Shown one piece after another: positions 11,100 to 21,747 of a stretch of 64,000 nt of DNA. The notes beneath the pieces are model-generated. The model was not told the origin of the DNA. It saw only the letters and a program-made list of their open reading frames with translations, and searched no databases. The DNA is taken from assembly GCA_030265395.1 (NCBI GenBank), contig JARFYF010000118.1, forward strand, positions 16,904,508 to 16,968,507, in the 5' to 3' direction. The position numbers and the translations under genes were made by a program. Source of the stretch: Rhina ancylostomus (lineage: Eukaryota). How positions within the stretch are numbered: position 1 is the first letter of the stretch; every line of letters begins with the position of its first letter.

Positions 11100-12600
11100 T
11101 TGCAGCTGGAGGTGACTGTCGTGAATGGCTATAGTTGAGCTAGGTTTTCCAAAGAAGATTGAAACTCAAGAATTTCATACCTGGGTCCCGTACCAGAGCA
11201 GAATGTGTCATACAGTGGTGAACCAAGAGTTGAGGCATAAACAGGGTGACTTTGTCTGTCCAAAGAGTGTTAACTTGTTCCAAAAACAGTTTGTAAGATT
11301 TGGGCCATGTTCTGCGGTCCTCTGTTATCAACAGTCCCTTATCACTTCAGCCAACTGCCCTCTGCTAGTGGGATTTGTTCTTGGCAGACGTCAGGAGTTC
11401 AATGTAAAATAACAAGGCGAGTCTCCGCGCTATCGGAGGAAGAGAGCAACCCACATGCGACCTTCCTGATGAAGCAAGCCTCTTACTTACTTTAGCAAAA
11501 TAGGGCTGACATTCTGAGATGCTGGTAATCTGTATTATCATAGATCAAAGAAAGGGGTAGGCACAGTGAATCACTATCTGTTTAGAATGTACAAGCAAAC
11601 AGGTAATATTTAAAGCAGAATTGTGTGCATGTCATCACAGAAAGGAGCAGGCAGGCTTCTTATTCACTCACGCTCTGAGCTGCAGCCATGTCACTGTGAG
11701 GAAGCCAGACAGGCACTCTTTGAAGGGTTGGAGGAGGAAGAAGAACAAATATCTTTCAGGAAGAGTTTCTCAAACAACCAACTTGATTTAACTAGCTTAT
11801 AGCAGCACTGACAACGATGCAATCAAGTTGCCTTACCTTCCTCCGCACTCTACCATGCAATATGTAAGGCTGGTATTGCAAGATCAATGTCTCAGATCTT
11901 GTAGAGCTGGCACTGCTGCCCACACTCACCATTACCTCCTCTTATAAGTGCCTGTCTGGGCAGGGCCTTGTGTGATATAAGCAGATCATGCGGGTAAGCT
12001 TGAGCAAGTCATGCTCATGACACTGGGAGAAATCTTTGATAAATGGCAGAACATGGGAGTAGGGGGATGCAGAGGCCCTAAAGGAGAGGAGATACAAGAA
12101 GGATGAGAAAGGTCAACAAGGGGAGGGTCTGGTGATGAACCACTGAGATAGTTTGCAAGATGTCCATGCCTAAAAATACCCTGACAAATGTGCAAGCCAA
12201 TGGGCGCATGTCTGTATGTGTTAATGACCAACCAGTAGAACCAGATTTCCAATTGTCTTGAAGCCTTTTGCCAATAGACCAAGGTCTCATTCTGTCAAGC
12301 CAATGTGATAGCTGGTGTGTAGCTGCCACCCAACATGAAACAAAATTACCCATGCCAACTTCCATTCCTCAGTACAAAATCCAGGGCCTAGAATGTCAAA
12401 ACATTTATGGACAAACACAACAGGCAGAGATCTACACAATAATTTGCTATCACAGCCCAGAAACTCAGATGGTCTGACATTGGCACTTCCACCCTGAAGG
12501 AGGCATAACAAGCAGAACACGGTCAACTGAAAGATCCAGGCTGTGGGTAGACCCTTTTCTGGAAGAAGGAAGGTAATTTCATGGGGTCAGTTTTGCTATC
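11100..12600 (-). mobile_element. Possible highly decayed Harbinger/PIF (HARBI1-like) transposase relic
   Basis: Scattered ordered remnants on the minus strand: VDLCLL (about 12425), WL..DKG (about 11340), LDR and CMTHSALVR (about 11200, resembling CCxLHNLALxR); many frameshifts. Confidence 0.3.
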
Positions 12601-12839
12601 AAGAATAAGCTACTCTGGCATCTCACCAACTTCCCCTGTAGGATAACTGAATCTCATTTGAACTTGAGAGAAGCTTGGCCTGCCTTTTGGAGGGAGACAA
12701 TTGAAACTCCTAGAGCACTTCAGTGCCAATATCGGAAAGGATGCTAAGCTCTGGAATGGTGTGATCGGTAGATGGGTAGAGCACAGGCTAACATCAATGG
12801 TATGCTCCTCCTAATAAAATGTTCAGATCATGGTCTTGT

Positions 12840-13170
12840 CATAAAACTAGCCACTTATTTACTTTAGTAAAATAAGGCTGACATTGATATTGTACCACTT
12901 CATAACATTCCAGGATTTTTCCAAATGTTAAATGAAAATACAGTTGTGCAAATTTTGAACTTGTACTTTCATTCAACTTTTCATACACTCTGATGAAGTA
13001 GGATAGGATATTTCCACGAGACAGATTCATTGTTTGAATTAATACCAATGGGAAGAGCATAGAATGCCTTCAACATACATTTACATGGAAGTTATTTTTC
13101 AAACTTAGTGTCAAATTTGAAGGTATACCACAAAATCCTAATATGTTAGAGGCTTATATTATGACTCTTT
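12840..13170 (-). mobile_element. Very old non-LTR reverse-transcriptase remnant (CR1-like)
   Basis: ORF 12839..13060(-) NILSYFIRVYEKLNESTSSKFAQLYFHLTFGKI...VNKWL has the spacing of the CR1 RT motif NLLEFFEEVT..VD.G..VDVVYLDFQKAFDKV...IxNWL. Confidence 0.4.
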
Positions 13171-14147
13171 ATAATACCGATTTCATCATAATCAACTTCT
13201 GTTATGTGAATTAATGCAAAGCAATAAGACTAATGTTCATTGAACGTGTTGCAATTAATGATTTAATTGATGATAACTTATATAGGTAATATTCAGAAGT
13301 TTTCACGCAGTCTAATTAGATATTACATTAACTTTGAAATAAGATCAGACAAAAATGAAAATTATTTCAGAATTTTGAACTCATTACAAAGATTTATACC
13401 TTCTGAATGAGCATAATTTATACCAACCACTGGTAGAACAAAATGTAGAATTAATTCGTGAACTTCCTGAGAAATGCAACAAACATAAAGCAAACTAGCC
13501 CAATGATTGTATGAAGTAAGGTTGAATTGGTTATGTGCCTTTTACTATGGAGTGCCATGCAAATACAAGCTTCCCTATTTTTGGATTTCTACTAAAGACT
13601 CAAGTCCTTGACTGACAAAAGTACTAGAGTCTCCAGGGACAGTGGAAACATTAAGGTCCATCTTTTCGACAGGTGAGTCTTATCAAGCTGCTCCTTCTTA
13701 CTTCAACCCTTAGTCTTGAGCAAAACCAAGCACTTACTTTCTTAAATATCTTCTTTTCAACTTGAGCCATTTAGTTTAAGAACACTTTACCAGAGTGAAC
13801 AATTTTCCTGTGTTAAACTGACACATTCCCTCATTAATATCTTGCAAACTTGTCTGGAAATATCCCAGTTTCTGTCCAAATACATATTAAATAAACTTTT
13901 CCTTTATATTAATTAAATTTAAAAAAAGAACCATGGTGATTAATAATTAGTTTGCAGCCAAATCTGCTGCTTTGCATCAACCTTATAAAGGCCAAAGGAT
14001 GTTTATGGCAAAACAATGCCCCTTACGTATCATTCCATCATTTCTTCCCTAATTGCTTGATGTATCCCTGGAGCTAGACCATGGTTACATTTGTTTTGCA
14101 TTGTCGAAAACATTAAGAACAATTGGGCAGTTCACATCATTAGGAAT

Positions 14148-14502
14148 GACAGTTCAATGATTAAGTTAATGGACCAGTAATTCACAGGCCTGGACTAATG
14201 ATCTAAGGACATGAATTAAATTCTACCAGAGCAGCTTGGGAAATAAGTAAATGAAATAAGCAGGATTAAAATGCTAGCCCATTTACTGGGAATCATGACA
14301 TTACCGGTTTGTCATCAAAACCCATCTGGTTCATTAATACTCTGCTATCCGTATCCAGTCTGGTCCTGATGAGTCTTCATATTCATAACCACATGGCTGA
14401 CTCTTAACTGCCCTCTGATCTGGCAAACTATCTTGTCCAGGGGACATAGGAATGGGAAATGGATGATGTCAGCAATACCCACATTCCACTTAAAAATGAA
14501 AA
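14148..14502 (+). mobile_element. LF-SINE-like ancient SINE
   Basis: 'ggaccagtaattcacaggcctggactaatgatc', 'aaaacccatctggttcattaat' and 'catggctgactcttaactgccctctga' match LF-SINE-type consensus blocks in order. Confidence 0.8.
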
Positions 14503-14934
14503 CATAATGTGAACCCTGTTAGCCTCATGGACTGAAATATTTTGCAACATTGGAAATGCCACGGCTCAGGTGACAGGAAAGATGGGGTTGGGAGCTGGGG
14601 TAGCATGATGAATGGACGACACAAAAACAGTAATAATAAATGAACTTGGATCAGAAGAGCAATAAGGTCAGAATGGGTAGAAATAAGAGAAAACAAGGAA
14701 CAAAATAAACCCATAAGAATAGTTTACAGGGGCATCGACAGTCAACATTTTGCTAGAGCATGAATTAAGAAATAGATGTTCATTTTTTGAATAAGAATTT
14801 AAATCACTCACCTGCTCAACTGGATTTAAATAAGAAAATCCAGTGACTATAGAAAACAGAGATTCCTGATGTCCATGCCATCATTTATTCCCCAATCCTT
14901 TTCACTTAATCAGTAATAAAAAGCTAGGCTCCAA

Positions 14935-15070
14935 CCTCATGAATTTGGCTGTTGCATTTGCCTATATTCAATAGTACCTACAGAATAAATTTATTGGTTG
15001 CAAAGCAATCTGGGATGTTGTGAGGGCACGAAATATTGTTATATCCAACATAAATCTAAATTCTTTCTTT
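14935..15070 (+). mobile_element. Deu-SINE 3' remnant
   Basis: 'aatttggctgttgcatttgcctatatt...attggttgcaaagcaatctgggatgttgtgagg'. Confidence 0.6.
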
Positions 15071-15350
15071 ACCCTTTTTTTCTACTGCCTTGTCATGCAT
15101 ATTAGTCCATCTNNNNNNNNNNNNNNNNNNNNNNNNNNNNNNNNNNNNNNNNNNNNNNNNNNNNNNNNNNNNNNNNNNNNNNNNNNNNNNNNNNNNNNNN
15201 NNNNNNNNNNNNTCATGCATATTAGTCCATATTTAAAAGAACGTTTTTTTTAAAGTGTGTGTCTCTGCCAAAAGTTGTGGCCTTTGCAAAACTGGGGGGT
15301 TCATTAACTGAGGCAGGAATAAGACATAAATGACCTCAGGCTTTTCGAAG

Positions 15351-15693
15351 GGGCAGCACAGTGACACAGCAGATAGTGCCACTTCTTCACAGCTCCAGCT
15401 TGCCAGGTTTAGGACTAAACTCCAAAGCTGCCTGTGTGGAGCTTGTATGTTCCCCCCATGACTACATGGGTTTCCCCTGGATGCTACAGTTTCTTCCCAC
15501 ATCCTAAAGATGTATTTGTTGGGAGGTTAATTGGCTGCTGTAAGTTATTACTAGTACAGGTGAGTGATAAAAAAATTAGGACTTAATGGAAGATAGATTA
15601 CATGAAAATAAATGATGGAATTGAGAATGAGATTGAAGGGATTGCCTTGAGAGCCGGCATGGACTCAATGGGCCAGGTGGCCTCCTACATTTT
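15351..15693 (+). mobile_element. V-SINE/HE1-type SINE with CR1-like tail
   Basis: Head 'gggcagcacagtgacacagc', V-core 'gtgtggagcttgtatgttcccccc...cagtttcttcccacatcc', tail 'gagccggcatggactcaatgggcc'. Confidence 0.85.
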
Positions 15694-15724
15694 AAGGAAG
15701 TGCAAGTCCTTTATACCACCAGTC

Positions 15725-16197
15725 ATGGTGTCATGTTACTTGGAGGGATCTTGGAGGTGACAGTTTTTCCTTGCTGTTCTTGGCCTTCTGCACTGTGGGA
15801 GATGCTTCGAAAGAAATTTCGAGGATGCACTGTACTGCACCCTGGACAGTACTGTGGAGGGACCACAGTGCGCTGGTTGCGGAGCGAGTAAAATATTTAA
15901 GGCCAGCGAATGAAGTGTCTGGCAGATTGTGTTGTCCAGGACCTTGCTGTGCTCTGTGAATACTGTTGCAGCTTCAACTGTCTAGGCAAGTGACAAATAT
16001 TCCTTTGGATTGCTACTTTGTCCCCTGTGGGCAGTAGAAAGGGCTTACCAGTCGGGAGAAGGATCACTCAGTAAAACGTACCCCAGCCTCTGACCTGCTA
16101 TGGTAGCAAAGGCACTTATGTGGCTGTGTTTATCTTGGTAGTCACCCAAAGGACATTGATGGTAGGGAACTCAGTGATGACAATACCACTTAATGTT
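15725..16197 (-). mobile_element. Old CR1/L2-group LINE fragment (same family as 40125-41228)
   Basis: 'ttacttggagggatcttggaggtg...ccccagcctctgacctgct...gatggtagggaactcagtgatg' is collinear with the reverse complement of the 40125-41228 element. Confidence 0.6.
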
Positions 16198-17385
16198 AGT
16201 AATGCTGCACCAGTGTGATGGTCCCTTTCCCACTGTAGTCATTCTATTGCTTTCTTAAGTGAGATTATTAATTTTAGCTTTTTTATGAATGGTTCGCTGA
16301 TAATCCTTTACATAGAATTTGCAGTTCAACAAAATGGCAATCAAATTACTGTTTTTACATGACACAAGCATACACTTATTTTATGTGTTTTATCCCATCC
16401 CAGCAATAGAGCCTTCTTTTCTCTATCTTGCACATATCTTGTGTACTCTTACATGCAATAACATTCAACAGATGTCCATGCTCTTAAATTGTCCTGGGGA
16501 TGGATTGAACATAATGTCTTTGGGAATAAACAGCTTATGATAAACACACAGCTTTGGATATCAGGGGCATTTCAACTGAAGTTCCAAATCCCTCTGTCAG
16601 TCAGTTTTATATACATATATATATATATTAGGTATTTTAATGCTTGGTGTTTGATTTTTAACTTTCCAATGAGGTTAATTTGAAATGTTGTGTGACTGAC
16701 TTATAGAGATACATGCATCATTAACTTCTCCCCGGAATAATGGTCCACTATTAATTTCCTCGCTCTCTTATGAATAAGGGGTGAAATTGGTTTTGGTAGG
16801 TGGCACCAAACGGATAATAACAAATCAGCTGTCCAGCATTACACTCTGCCCATTATTCTTTACATGAAATTTTCTATAGCTTGGTTTGCACTATAACTTT
16901 TCTGATCATAAACATGATTAGTCAACAACAGCAGCACAGTTTCTTACATTTCCTAATATTAGTGGAAAGGTCATTTCTCTCTGTCTTTGTGTGACTCAGT
17001 GCTGTTAGGTCTTTCTAAGCTGCTTTTTACTTGTTTTATCCTGTTCAAAGCCTTTTCTTCAAGAACTGGAAGCGATCGAAGAAACCTGTCAACAGCCAGA
17101 TATGTAATGTCTTCCGAATGGCCAATCATTACTAATTAATAGGTTAGTTGCTCTGGGATGTTCTAATACAATAGCTTCCCACAGTTAAACCACCCCTTAT
17201 CTGTGTATAGATGCTAGCCTATGGGCCATCAAAGACTGTTTTATGGAAGGAAATGACCACAATATCGGAAATCATGACAGCTTTTTTAACTTGGAAAAAT
17301 AACGGGTAAAATGAAGCAAGGGAAACAGGTGAGGAGAGTATTCAAGTGTTCAGGGTGTTGAAAGCATGGGTTAAGTTGCAGAATA

Positions 17386-18126
17386 GAAACGTAAAAACAT
17401 AGAAAACTACAGCACAATTCAGGCCCTTTGGCCCACAGAGCTGTGCCAAACATGTCCCTACCCTAGAAATTACTAGACCTACCCATCGCCCTCTATTTTA
17501 CTCAACTCCATGTACCTATCTAACAGTCTCTTGAAAGACCCTATTGTATCCGCCTCCACCACTGTTGCCAGAAGCCCATTCCATGCACTCACCACTCTCT
17601 GAGTAAAAGACTTACCCCTGACATCTCCTCTATATCTACTCTCCAGCACCTTAAATCGATGTCCTCTCGTGGCCACCATTTCAGCCCTGGGGAAAAGCCT
17701 ATNNNNNNNNNNNNNNNNNNNNNNNNNNNNNNNNNNNNNNNNNNNNNNNNNNNNNNNNNNNNNNNNNNNNNNNNNNNNNNNNNNNNNNNNNNNNNNNNNN
17801 NNTCCAAATGTTCATAAATCCTGCCTCTCAGGATCCTCTCCATCAGCTTACCAACCACTGAGGTAAGACTCACCGGTCTGTAATTCCCTGGGCTATCCCT
17901 ACTCCCCTTCTTGAACAAGGGAACAACATCCACAACTCTCCAATCTTCCGGAACTTCTCCCGTCTCTATCGATGACGCAAAGATCATCGTCAGAGGCTCC
18001 GCAATCTCCTCCCTTGCTTCCCACAGCAGCCTGGGGTACATCTCATCCAGTCCCGGCGACTTATCTAACTTGATGCTCTCCAAAAGTTTCAGCACCTCCT
18101 CCTTCCTAATATCTACATACTCAAGC
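17386..18126 (-). mobile_element. Young 5'-truncated CR1 LINE with 11-bp TSD, internal part in an N gap
   Basis: Uninterrupted ORF2 pieces KSPGLDEMYPRLLWEAREEIAEPLTMIFASSIETGEVPEDWRVVDVVPLFKKGSRDSPGNYRPVSLTSVVGKLMERIL and TRGHRFKV..FTQRVVSAWNGL; direct repeat gttgcagaata at 17375-17385 and 18139-18149. Confidence 0.95.
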
Positions 18127-18529
18127 AATTTTACAGAGGTTGCAGAATATCATGACTTCTGGGAGGAGAGGTGGTAGAATAAAAAGGAAACAAAGACGAG
18201 GGTTAAATATTGGGATTGAACAGCTGGCCAGGAAGGTTGATGAGAAAGTAACTAATTACCTTTGGGAACCAAATGGATAGTGTTCCACAGTGTGGTACAC
18301 TTCCTGCTCCTGGTACTGAGGGCCACCGTACCCAAAGTGGCTTCTAAATTCAATTGGAGCTTATCCCAACTTCCTTTAATCATTCCATTTTCAAAGATTT
18401 CATCTAAGATGACTGGTCAATAGCATCTTGAACTATCAAAAAAAACCGGCAGAGTCAACTTCCAGGGGTACATCTCATCCAGTATGTCGCAGTGTGCCAA
18501 TATTCCCAAAAAGCTCATCACAATGATAT

Positions 18530-18670
18530 AAAGAGGACTACAACAATGTGGTTGACTCTCAAAGTCAGTTAAAATGGCCCAGCAAATGACTGTATTCAGA
18601 GGCAATTAAGGTTGAATATTAAATGGTTTGCCAGTGACGTTTGCATCCTGAAAAATGAATTTTAAAAAAT
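18530..18670 (+). mobile_element. LF-SINE-like 3' remnant
   Basis: 'caacaatgtggttgactctc...aaatggcccagcaa...ggcaattaagg...ttgccagtgacg'. Confidence 0.7.
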
Positions 18671-19869
18671 GTTTCACCATGTGACACAGCATATAAAATC
18701 TTCCACAACTATTCCACAAATATAATAATTGATTTTTCCCCCACAAGGTTAATCAGTATGTAAGGAGCCAGCAAGTGGAGATGTCCTAGGTGATTTGATG
18801 GATTGGTCCAAAGAAACATGTAGAGACAGGTCCTGTACTCAGGGCACAGAAACTACACATGCTTGACACTGATAGATGGGCCATGAATGGGCCATATTTG
18901 TGAACCTATGTCTCTCCTCAGTTGAACCTCGCTCAGACACACAGCGATGGCAGATGGGAGAGGCAGGAGTGACAAGTTTCCTTGCAAAATCCAAGCCATT
19001 TGTTTTGCACAGATGTACATGTGACTAATAAAAAGATATCTAATCTACCTTTATTTTGATATCAGATGCAAAAATTAGAAGGCTTATCATTTTTTAAGAT
19101 TGTGAGGTAAATACCCATTATTTTAATAAGTATTGAGAACAGGTACAACTAATGACCCAGTTGTGTTCAATATACAAGATGACTTGCATTGTGGAAACTG
19201 TTTTCATAATGGTAAAGACCCAAAGTTCATTCCAAATTTCTGAAGCTCTATAATTAACTGGAATATAGAGCTTACAAAAAAGAATACACAAAGCAACAAA
19301 AGTCACTTGTGATGTTAACCTTTCTGTTATTCTGCTGTCACTGAGATGAATGTTCATTTTATTTTCTTAACAGCAATTTATTCAAAATAATGAATTCCTG
19401 TGTTTCCAACCTTTTAAGTAGAAATATTGCCCTCAGGATTCAAAAGACTAATGTGGTCTTAAGCCACCAAAGCTCAAGTCAGGGGCCATTACTATATACT
19501 TGAGATAACATAAGGAACAATTTAGTTCAGATGCCACAGAAGGAAATATCTAGTGACTGTGATAACAATGCCCCTGGGCTAAACTGAGTGGCAACAAGAA
19601 GACAGGGAGCAAGATGCATGACTTTTCTGAATAGAAAAGTGAAATTGTCGCTTAGTTTTACAACCGTGACAATAGCTTCTTGCTTTTTGACAGAGATTTT
19701 TGAGAAATTCCACTGGATGGTCATTTTAAAATTTCTTGGTTTGTTAAAATGCCCAAATAATATTGTCTTCATATGAAGTGAGATCAAACTGCAATGGAGA
19801 GTTAATGCAGATGAATAGTTTGTTTCATCAGACATAGATTACTTTATCAATCATTGAGTTACAATATGC

Positions 19870-20203
19870 AGAACAGTACAGGAACAGGCCCTTTGGCCCA
19901 TGACGTCTGTGCCAAACAATGCCAAATTAAACCAAATTTCTTCTGCCTGTGAGTGATCCATATCCCTCCATTCCCTGCATGGTCATGTGTCTAACAGCTT
20001 CTTAAATGCAACTATCATATCTGCTTCCACCACTACTCCGGGCAGCCCATTCCAGGCACCTACCACTCTCTGTATAAAAAACCTGTGCCCTCTGGCATTT
20101 GACATTTCTACCCTGAGAAAGATTCTGACTGTCTACCCTATCTATGGCTCTAATTTTATAAACTTCTATCGTCTACCCCTCAGCCTCTGACATTCCAGAG
20201 AAA
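19870..20203 (-). mobile_element. CR1 LINE 3' end
   Basis: 'agaacagtacaggaacaggccctttggccca...ggcagcccattccaggcacctaccactctctgtataaaaaa'. Confidence 0.88.
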
Positions 20204-20503
20204 TTACATAGGCAAAGCTTGTGTTTGTGCACACCAAGATGCTGAGCTCTAAATCGTTCCTTTACTCAAGGACCTTTTGCCTTACACAAAACATCTGGAG
20301 AAAGTCCTCTGCCAACCTGCCCCCTGACAATTAAAATCCATGATAAGGCCCTGGTAATAATGTTTCATCTCTTGGGACCCACTTTTTCAGCAAAGCCAGC
20401 CTTCAAGAGTGAAATTCATTACTGTGTCCAGAGCACTGAGGAAAAGGTTGTTTGAACACAAAGACTTCAAATCCAACACCCAAGTCCACCAAACAGTAGT
20501 GAA

Positions 20504-20790
20504 CTTAAGATATCTTTATTAGTCACATGTACATCAAAACACAGAGCGAAATACATCTTTTGCATAGAGTGTTCTGGGGGCAGCCCGCAAGTGGCGCCAA
20601 CATAGCATGCCCACAACTTCCTAATTCGTACACCTTTGGAATGTGGGAGGAAACCCATGCAGACACGGGGAGAACGTACTGTTACGGACTAGGACTATTA
20701 GTGATTCATACAATCCACCTTAACCCCCCGGAATTGAACCCGGGTCGCTGGCACTGTAATAGTGTTACGTTAATTGCTACACTACTGTGC
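20504..20790 (-). mobile_element. Young tRNA-headed SINE with non-CR1 tail (same family as 43256-43543)
   Basis: B box (reverse complement of 'aattgaacccggg'), V-core, tail ending gatgtacatgtgactaataaagatatctt. Confidence 0.88.
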
Positions 20791-20834
20791 CTCTTCACCT
20801 TCCTCTTTGCTTCCTGATTAATAAAAAACAACCT

Positions 20835-21747
20835 GCAGTAGGTGTCTTAAACCTCCTGAGAGGTGCCACCAATGCTGTCTCTGAAAATTCTCTCAAATCT
20901 ACTGACCAGATAAGAAAACTAGTGCCATGATCCATTTTCAGGGAAATATCCCAAGCACTGAGGCGCCAATTGTGCTCATCCAGTTCCGATGGCCAGTCTG
21001 CATTGTCCACAGCCGTGACAAAAGAGTTCTGGCACAAAACTGAGCTCCACCGTGGCAAGAGATTTCCTGGAAGATGGAGAAGACACCTCAGGGACATTCT
21101 CTAAGTCCTCTTCAAAATACATAACATTTTCTCTGATTTGCAGGGATCCCTGGCCTGCCTTCCTGGAGATGGAGCATCCAGGATGGCACCAAGTACCTCA
21201 AGGGACTATGAAAGAAACATGCAGAGACTATGTACACACAAGTGGAGGAGTGCACACAATTCCCATGCCTGACCTGTCAAACATCTCCTATAATGTCTGA
21301 GGCAGCGTCTGCAGATTTTTTTTAATTTCAAAAATAAGCTTTATTTATAATAAAAGAATATACAAAAGAAGAAACTATGCAAAACTTTTACATTCATGGT
21401 CAATACATTCAGTAGTGTTAACTTAATTTTTAAAACCATTAGTACCATTGCCATTCATGTGGCCCCCTAAGGTGATGCACCATTTCAAGCTTTGAGGGGC
21501 TTCCCCACCTGACTCAGCCCCTCCATGTGTGGCAGCAGAAGGAGTCTAGACTGTGGTCCTTCCCAACAGAGCCTTTGCATTGGCTGCACCAAGCTTCAGT
21601 GCATCCCTCACCAGTCGGCAGGATTCCCTTATGGACATCTCGCTGTGCTGGAAGACCTGCAGATCCTGCAGACATACCAGCCATCTCACACCTGCAAAGC
21701 TGGAGAGGAAACAAATCTCCTCCAACCCCAAGAGACTGCCTAAAAAG
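20835..21747 (+). mobile_element. RTE-clade LINE 3' fragment split by a Tx1 insertion
   Basis: RCHQCCL..QIY*PDKKTS..NIPSTEAPIVLIQFRWPVCIV..ELHRGKRFPGRWRRHLRDIL; resumes after 21657 and ends 'gagactgcctaaaaag'. Confidence 0.8.
21317..21656 (-). mobile_element. Tx1 (L1-clade) LINE 3' end with poly(A) and TSD
   Basis: VFQHSEMSIRESCRLVRDALKLGAANAKALLGRTTV*, then a 3' UTR with AATAAA and an A-tail; ctgcagat repeated at 21309-21316 and 21657-21664. Confidence 0.85.

Noticed and set aside
14365-14392. CTGATGAG as a hammerhead core
   Set aside because: No downstream stem II or GAAA; lies within the LF-SINE-like copy
15093-15230. tcatgcatattagtccat repeated across a 100-N gap (similarly gcaaaatgat at 7387 and 7497)
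   Set aside because: Could be contig overlap or the TSD of an unassembled insertion; cannot be resolved from this sequence
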